Positions 57,779 through 64,000 of a stretch of 64,000 nt of DNA are shown here, piece by piece (position 1 is the stretch's first letter; every line of letters starts with the position of its first letter). A program made the translations under genes and the position numbers. Origin of the DNA: Patescibacteria group bacterium (GTDB taxonomy: Bacteria > Patescibacteriota > Microgenomatia > UBA12405); assembly GCA_018902845.1 (NCBI GenBank), contig JAHIPV010000017.1, positions 16,438 through 80,437 of the forward strand. Direction: 5' to 3'. The notes under the pieces were generated by a model. The model searched no databases. It had not been told where the DNA came from and saw only the letters and a program-made list of their open reading frames with translations.

Positions 57779-60700
57779 ATGTCTAATTTTGTCCATCTTC
57801 ATGTTCATACAGAGTATTCCCTTCTTGACGGCCTGATAAAAATAAAAAACCTAGTTAACACTGTCAAAGAAATGGAAATGAATTCCATCGCTATCACCGA
57901 CCACGGTGTCATGTATGGCTGTATCGAGTTTTACAAAACTTGCAAAAAAAACAATCTCAACCCCATAATCGGCTGTGAAATGTACGTAGCCCCACTGGGC
58001 CGAAAAACCAAAACCAATGCCAACAGAAAAAATCACCACCTCATTCTTCTGGCTCAAAACCAACAAGGCTACAAAAACTTAATGAAACTGGTCAGCCTGT
58101 CTCATTCTGAAGGCTTCTATTATAAACCTCGTATTGACTGGGAACTCCTGGAAAAATATTACAAAGGCTTAATATGCACCAGCGCCTGTATCGAAGGTGA
58201 AGTAGCTCGCCATATCCTCGAAAAAAATTACGATTTGGCCAAAAAAACCGCCATCCAATACCAACAACTTTTTAACAAAAATTACTATTTAGAAATACAA
58301 AAACACCCAAAACTTAAAAATCAGGATATTGCAAACATTGAACTGATCAAACTCAGCCGCCAACTCGGAATTCCCCTGGTTGCCACCAATGATGCTCACT
58401 ACCTAAAAAAAGAAGACGCCTTTGCACAGGATGTTTTATTGATGATCAATACCCAAAAAACTGTCAACGACAAAAACCGGCTAACTATGATGGACAGTCC
58501 TGATTTCTACATTAAATCTCCACAAGAAACAAAAAAACAATTTTCCGATTTTCCTGATGCTATAAAAAATACTCAAAAAATTGCCGATCAATGCAAATTA
58601 AACATAGAAATAGGTAAATGGTATTTTCCTAACTTCAAAATTAAAAAAAACGAAACTATCCAATCTCAATTAAAAAAAGAAACTTACCGGTCAGCTAAAA
58701 AACATTACGGAAAATCACTTTCCCAAGAAATAAAAAACCGCCTAGATTACGAACTAGATCTGATTTGCTCCAAAGGCTATGCCGCTTACTTCCTTATCAT
58801 GAAAAATTTTATTGATTGGGCCGAAAAACACGACACTATCGTCAACACCAGAGGCTCTGCCGCCGGTTCATTGGTATCTTTTGTTCTTGGCATCACTTCT
58901 GTTGATCCGCTTATTTATCAGCTCCCATTTGAAAGATTTTTGAACAAAGACCGCCCCAGCCCTCCAGATATTGACCTAGATGTCTCAGACGATAAACGTC
59001 AAAAAATGCTTTATCACATCATGGACCAATATGGCATCGAATCAGTAGCTCAAGTTTGTACTTTTGGAAGAATGCTGGCCCGCTCATCAGTTAGAGATAC
59101 CACCAGAGTTCTCGGTTACGAATACACCATCGGTGACAAAATTGCCAAACTTATCCCCTTAGGATCACAAGGTTTTCCTATGTCTATCGATAAAGCTTTA
59201 AACATCAATCCTGACCTAGAACAAATATATAATTCTGATCCTGATTCAAAAAAAATTCTTGATACAGCCAAAAAAATTGAAGGCTCTGCCCGCCACGTCA
59301 GTGTTCATGCTTGTGCCTTGGTTATTTCACCCACTACCGTAAACGACTTTGCCCCCACTCAAATTGAATCAGGGGGAGACAAAATAATCACCCAATACGA
59401 AATGCACGCCATTGAAGACGTCGGTTTAATCAAGTTCGACATACTTGGTATCCGTAACTTATCCATTCTCGGTAACGCCATAATCAATGTTCGAAAAACC
59501 AAAAATATCAAAATACATTTAAGAAAAATTCCACTGGATGACAAAAAAACCTTTGACATGCTCACCAAAGGAAACACCATGGGAGTTTTCCAACTCGGTG
59601 GAGGCGGTATGACCAAGTGGATAAAAGAACTCAAACCAGAAAGAGTTGAAGACATAATGGCCATGGTAGCCCTTTATCGCCCTGGTCCGATGGCAATTAT
59701 CCCTGAATACATCGCCAGAAAAAATGATCCAAAAAAAATCAGCTACATAGATCCCCGCATGGAAAAATTTTTGGAAAAATCATACGGACTTTTGGTTTAC
59801 CAGGACGACTGCCTTTACACTGCCATCAATTTAGCAGGCTATAACTGGGTAGAAGCCGATAAATTTAGAAAAGCCATTGGTAAAAAAATCCCCGAAGAAA
59901 TGGAAAAACAAAAAAATAAGTTTATTAAAGGCTGTGTAAAAAATGGACTAAACAAATCTAAAGCAAAAAAAATCTTTGAGCTCATCGAACCATTTGTTGG
60001 TTATGGTTTTAACAAAGCTCACGCCTGTGCCTATGGCATGTTAGCCTACCGCACCGCCTACATGAAAGCCAACTATCCGGTCGAATACATGTGTGCCCTA
60101 CTAACCGCCGAAGCCGAAGATCTGGATAAGGTAAGCACGGGGGTAGAAGAATGCCGTAAAATGGGAATTATTATAAGTCCACCCAATATCAACAAATCAA
60201 TCAGTGGATTTGAAATAGAAAGCAATAAACAATCTCTTCAAAAAATGGCCATTCGATTTGGACTTAATGCCATCAAAAATGTCGGCAAGGCTGCTCTGGA
60301 AAACATACTGGAAGAACGCAAAAATAACGGAGAATTTAAAAGTTTTAATGATTTTTGTTTAAGAGTAGATAATCAAAAAGTAAACAAAAAAGTTCTGGAA
60401 AGTCTTGTTAAGGTTGGTGCCATGGATCAATTTGGACCCAGGAACACCATACTTCAAAACCTTGACCAAATAAGACAAAACTGTCAAAAAATAAAAGATA
60501 CCCATAACTCCGGCCAATTTAGTCTGTTTGATAATTCCAAAAATAAAAGCCATAACCCCATAGCTCCACCGGATGAATTTAAAGACACAAAAACTTTGTC
60601 CGAAAAAGAAAAACTGGCCCTTGAAAAAGAATTAATTGGTATTTACATTTCTGAAAACCCAATAAAAAAACTATTGGATCAATATCAATCCTTTTCTAGC

Positions 60701-61201
60701 CAAAAAATAATAAAAATTATAGAAAAACCTAATTTTAATCAAAAAATTAAACTGGCCGTTATTATAAATCGAAACAAAATAATAAGAACCAGAAAAAATA
60801 ATTCTCAAATGGCCTTTGTCACAATCGAAGATGAAACGGCCAAGATAGAGGCCATTGTTTTTCCCAAAACTTTTGAACAATACAAAGACCTGATCATCGA
60901 AGACAAAATAATATTGGTGGAAGGTAAACTGAACGAAAGAAACGAAGAAATCTCGCTAATCATAGAAACAATTACAAACGAAATAAAAGATATAAAACAA
61001 GAGTTCGACTTCACCATAACTATCCCTCCAGGCACTTCTCAAAGCCAGTTAATGAAACTAAACAAATTACTAAAAAACAATCCCAATGGCAACAAAGGAC
61101 TGATAATCATGCCTAACGGTAAAAACATTCCTATAAGTTATGGAATCAATTACAACAAAATATTACAACAAGAAATAGACAAAATCCTAAATATAAACTA
61201 A
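57779..61201 (+). CDS. dnaE: DNA polymerase III alpha subunit
   Basis: HLHVHTEYSLLDG, RGSAAGS, PDIDLD, KFDILG, YGFNKAH, OB fold. Confidence 0.97.
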   Translation: MSNFVHLHVHTEYSLLDGLIKIKNLVNTVKEMEMNSIAITDHGVMYGCIEFYKTCKKNNLNPIIGCEMYVAPLGRKTKTNANRKNHHLILLAQNQQGYKNLMKLVSLSHSEGFYYKPRIDWELLEKYYKGLICTSACIEGEVARHILEKNYDLAKKTAIQYQQLFNKNYYLEIQKHPKLKNQDIANIELIKLSRQLGIPLVATNDAHYLKKEDAFAQDVLLMINTQKTVNDKNRLTMMDSPDFYIKSPQETKKQFSDFPDAIKNTQKIADQCKLNIEIGKWYFPNFKIKKNETIQSQLKKETYRSAKKHYGKSLSQEIKNRLDYELDLICSKGYAAYFLIMKNFIDWAEKHDTIVNTRGSAAGSLVSFVLGITSVDPLIYQLPFERFLNKDRPSPPDIDLDVSDDKRQKMLYHIMDQYGIESVAQVCTFGRMLARSSVRDTTRVLGYEYTIGDKIAKLIPLGSQGFPMSIDKALNINPDLEQIYNSDPDSKKILDTAKKIEGSARHVSVHACALVISPTTVNDFAPTQIESGGDKIITQYEMHAIEDVGLIKFDILGIRNLSILGNAIINVRKTKNIKIHLRKIPLDDKKTFDMLTKGNTMGVFQLGGGGMTKWIKELKPERVEDIMAMVALYRPGPMAIIPEYIARKNDPKKISYIDPRMEKFLEKSYGLLVYQDDCLYTAINLAGYNWVEADKFRKAIGKKIPEEMEKQKNKFIKGCVKNGLNKSKAKKIFELIEPFVGYGFNKAHACAYGMLAYRTAYMKANYPVEYMCALLTAEAEDLDKVSTGVEECRKMGIIISPPNINKSISGFEIESNKQSLQKMAIRFGLNAIKNVGKAALENILEERKNNGEFKSFNDFCLRVDNQKVNKKVLESLVKVGAMDQFGPRNTILQNLDQIRQNCQKIKDTHNSGQFSLFDNSKNKSHNPIAPPDEFKDTKTLSEKEKLALEKELIGIYISENPIKKLLDQYQSFSSQKIIKIIEKPNFNQKIKLAVIINRNKIIRTRKNNSQMAFVTIEDETAKIEAIVFPKTFEQYKDLIIEDKIILVEGKLNERNEEISLIIETITNEIKDIKQEFDFTITIPPGTSQSQLMKLNKLLKNNPNGNKGLIIMPNGKNIPISYGINYNKILQQEIDKILNIN

Positions 61202-61258
61202 AATACCCTTCAGACATCACCCTGTCACAACGGAGTCCTGTCAAAAACATACAACATC

Positions 61259-61317
61259 CGTCATCCTGAGCATAGCGAAGGATCCCCTCGGGATTCTTCA
61301 TTTCATTCAGAATGACG
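61259..61317. repeat. Inverted REP-like pair downstream of dnaE
   Basis: CGTCATCCTGAG...GAAGGATCCC-CTC-GGGATTCTTC...TTCAGAATGACG long hairpin. Confidence 0.8.
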
Positions 61318-61363
61318 ACATTAATTTAAAAATTAGAAATTAAAAATTAGAAATTTCAAGTCT

Positions 61364-61747
61364 ATGTCATTAACAATCACACACAACAAAAAAAAGTTTT
61401 CAGTAGGAGACAGCATTCGCGTCAACTACAAAATCAAAGAAAAATCATCTAAAGGGAAACAAACGACAGCACAGTCATCCGCAGGAGGGCAAGAGACAGC
61501 ACAACCACCCGCAGGGGGAAAAGAAAGAATCCAAGCTTTCGAAGGAGTTTTAATTGCCATAAAGGGTCAAAAAGACGACAGAACCTTTACGGTACTAAAA
61601 ATAGCCGGTGACGCAGTCAGAATAGAAAGAATTTTTCCATTGGCTTCCCCTTGGATTGATAGCATCGAAAAATTAAGAAATCCAAAGCGCAAAATCCGTC
61701 GAAGCAAATTATATTATCTTCGCAATCCTCGCGCCAGAAAATTATAA
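61364..61747 (+). CDS. rplS: 50S ribosomal protein L19 with internal tandem insertion
   Basis: GDSIRV, ERIQAFEGV, ERIFPL.SP, RRSKLYYLR. Confidence 0.93.
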   Translation: MSLTITHNKKKFSVGDSIRVNYKIKEKSSKGKQTTAQSSAGGQETAQPPAGGKERIQAFEGVLIAIKGQKDDRTFTVLKIAGDAVRIERIFPLASPWIDSIEKLRNPKRKIRRSKLYYLRNPRARKL

Positions 61748-61764
61748 ATACAATAGCTAATATT

Positions 61765-61798
61765 TGTCATTGCGAGCGAAGCGTGGCAATCCCATCGG
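61765..61798. repeat. GTCA-type REP-like unit
   Basis: 29 bp identical to 12522-12550. Confidence 0.85.
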
Positions 61799-61911
61799 AA
61801 ATATAAAAATTAATAAAAATTTTAAATATAATCTTTTTTTAAATAAGTTTGTAATTTGTAATATTGATTATTGTAATTTCAAAATTTTAAATTATATTTA
61901 AAATTTTGCTC

Positions 61912-61984
61912 GGGTCCTTAGCTCAGTTGGTAGAGCACCTGCCTTTTAAGCAGAGGGTCGGGGGTTCGATTCCCTCAGGGCCCA
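61912..61984 (+). tRNA. tRNA-Lys(TTT)
   Basis: GGGTCCT/AGGGCCC acceptor stem; anticodon loop CTTTTAA. Confidence 0.92.
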
Positions 61985-61993
61985 CAAACATTT

Positions 61994-62713
61994 ATGAGTC
62001 TTTATGGCCTTATTATCGGCATCACAATTATAATTGGAATTAATTATTTCCAAAAATACAATTCTCAACTCTCGGCCAACAAACAAAACAAATTGATTAT
62101 TGGTACGTTGATTTCAGCCATCCTAGGCGCCAGGATTTATCATGTTCTTGACCTCCACTCTTACTACTCCCAAAATCCAATTCAAATATTAAACTTTCCT
62201 GCCGGTGGTCTAGGAATTTTTGGTGCTTTTTTATCAGCAACTTTCTATATATATATCTTTTGTAGAAAAAACAAAATAAATTTTTTTAAATTAATAAACA
62301 GTTTTATTACGATTATTCCTCTTTGCCAATCAATTGGTCGCTGGGCAAACTTTATTAATCAGGAAGGATGGGGGATTGCCACAAATTCTTTTCTTGGTCA
62401 AATCTTTTCTCCAAAAGGTTTTCACCCTGTCTGGTTCTACGAATCCATTCTAAACCTCTGTCTATTCCTACTCTTATCCTGCCATAAATATGTACGTCAT
62501 TCTGAGTCCGATCAATCGGACGAAGAATCCCACAAAAACCAAACCGCTTTTTATCTGATCGGTTACGGCTCCATTCGCTTTTTCTTAGAATTCCTCCGCA
62601 CCGACACCTGGCAAATAAACTCAATCAAAATCGGCCAAATTCTAAGTGTTCTCTTTATCCTCACAGGCATTTTCCTGATTACCAAAAACCACAAAAACCA
62701 CCGCCCATCTTAA
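61994..62713 (+). CDS. lgt: Prolipoprotein diacylglyceryl transferase
   Basis: GARIYHV, GGLGIFG, GRWANFINQE, HPVWFYES, RFFLEFLR. Confidence 0.9.
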   Translation: MSLYGLIIGITIIIGINYFQKYNSQLSANKQNKLIIGTLISAILGARIYHVLDLHSYYSQNPIQILNFPAGGLGIFGAFLSATFYIYIFCRKNKINFFKLINSFITIIPLCQSIGRWANFINQEGWGIATNSFLGQIFSPKGFHPVWFYESILNLCLFLLLSCHKYVRHSESDQSDEESHKNQTAFYLIGYGSIRFFLEFLRTDTWQINSIKIGQILSVLFILTGIFLITKNHKNHRPS

Positions 62714-62943
62714 CCACGCATTCCTGCCATCGCTCTCATATCCATAATCAACTCCAACCCCGCTTCTCCCAACAATCTAGTTCGTTGTGATCTTTCTCGT
62801 GCTCTTAAATCAGCCAAAGCAACACCAGCTTCACTATCAGTACCATAAATCAATCTGTTTCTTGCTTGTTCAGATAACGTGGCAACCTGCTTTTCATCTA
62901 TTCCATTAAATTTATCTTTAAAATACTCTGGTATCAATCCCAT
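62710..62943 (-). CDS. Small hypothetical protein
   Basis: 77-aa ORF with TATAAT 7 nt upstream of the ATG. Confidence 0.45.
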   Translation of the reverse strand: MGLIPEYFKDKFNGIDEKQVATLSEQARNRLIYGTDSEAGVALADLRARERSQRTRLLGEAGLELIMDMRAMAGMRG

Positions 62944-63040
62944 ATTACTAATTATAATATAAAAAACACAATTTCAAATCACCAACTGGCAAAGCCTAAA
63001 AAATTCCTTTAGAATTAAATTAATAAAAAATAATTCTAAA

Positions 63041-64000
63041 ATGTGGCAAATCCTTGATTATCTTAAAAAAGGGAACAGTCCCCAAAAACTAACTATTTTC
63101 ACCAGAAAAAAGAAAATATACCTATTAATCCGCTTTAAAAAAGAAACCCAACTGGCAGTGTCAATAAACGGGCTGGACTTTAAAAAAACTGAAATATCCA
63201 AAAAAATACTGAAATATTTTTCAAAAAACGAAAAAAGAAAAATTATAGATAAATACATTTACGAATCAAGCCTGGCTCCTGGAAGTGAGCATCTAAATAT
63301 CCACGATTTAACAATAGAAAAAGACATAAAGACAAAAGATGGAATTTTACTTTTTTACCATCATCACAAAGATGGAAAAATCGAAGTGGGAACATTAATA
63401 ACCGATGTCACCGATCCGGGAAAAGTAAGGTGGAGACACAACCAACCTGTTTGGGAAAGTCCAAATGATTGGAAAAACAAAAACCCAACTTTCATAGATC
63501 TAGTCAAAACCTCCAGAAGATATATTGCTTACTGGTGGCTAAAAAAAACAGGCCTTTTTGCCATAACTTACCCCAAATACAAAATTGAAAAACAAATTGA
63601 AATAAAACAAAAACACTACTTACACAAAATCCCCAATAACCCTATCATCGCCCCAAAGGCAAAAAACGGTTGGGAAGCCTTCACTACTTTCAACCCCGCT
63701 GCTATTTATGAAAGCGACAAAGTACATATTCTATACCGCGCTCAAGGTTTTGATTATAAATCAATCCTGGGTTACGCCAATAGCACTAACGGAACTCACA
63801 TAACAGAAAGGCAAAGCTATCCAGCTTATATACCAGGCGAAGCATTTGAAAAAAAGCATAGTCACCCAAAAGGTGGGAAAAAAAGAAAAAGAACTTTACA
63901 AAAGTATATGTCAGGAGGAGGTTGCGAAGGTTGTGAAGATCCCAGAATTACCAGAATTGGAAATAAAATTTATATGACATATGTAGCCTTTAACGGATAC
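63041..64000 (+). CDS. GH130-like glycoside phosphorylase/hydrolase, 3' truncated by window edge
   Basis: Read from ATG 63041 in frame to NPIIAP..WEAFTTFNPAA and GCEDPRITRIGNKIYMTY. Confidence 0.75.
   Translation, partial: MWQILDYLKKGNSPQKLTIFTRKKKIYLLIRFKKETQLAVSINGLDFKKTEISKKILKYFSKNEKRKIIDKYIYESSLAPGSEHLNIHDLTIEKDIKTKDGILLFYHHHKDGKIEVGTLITDVTDPGKVRWRHNQPVWESPNDWKNKNPTFIDLVKTSRRYIAYWWLKKTGLFAITYPKYKIEKQIEIKQKHYLHKIPNNPIIAPKAKNGWEAFTTFNPAAIYESDKVHILYRAQGFDYKSILGYANSTNGTHITERQSYPAYIPGEAFEKKHSHPKGGKKRKRTLQKYMSGGGCEGCEDPRITRIGNKIYMTYVAFNGY

Noticed and set aside
57779-61201. Intein in DnaE
   Set aside because: Length of 1140 aa and continuous motifs leave no room for an insertion

Overview
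AT-rich bacterial chromosome segment read with code 11. The gene set, repeat types and near-leaderless starts suggest a Patescibacteria/CPR (Microgenomates-like) host; this is inference. The host backbone carries a cell-division/wall cluster (ftsW, murG, FtsQ-like gene, ftsA, ftsZ), ileS, rodA, rplU-rpmA, parB, lepB, a GT2-GT2-WaaL-like locus, PolX, lemA-htpX, dnaE, rplS, lgt and five tRNAs. Main discovery: a 32,140-bp integrative element lies between two TTACAAAA cores (16391-16398 and 48531-48538) and splits a host gene. Joining the cores restores an in-frame 821-aa secreted lectin-like/alpha-beta-hydrolase ORF and creates a 46-bp imperfect inverted repeat resembling a serine-integrase attP. 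The element encodes a large serine recombinase, an excisionase-like HTH, an iteron-bearing replication module, a small-terminase-like gene, type I R-M, a HEPN pair and a large surface-glycosylation kit, but no recognisable capsid or conjugation genes. Other notable signals are a candidate Ile-leader-peptide attenuator upstream of a GVHH-motif IleRS2, nested REP-like palindromes that invade lgt and rplU in frame, and a palindromic array joining tRNA-Asp to a GIY-YIG nuclease gene. All product calls come from motif recognition by eye, not database searches.
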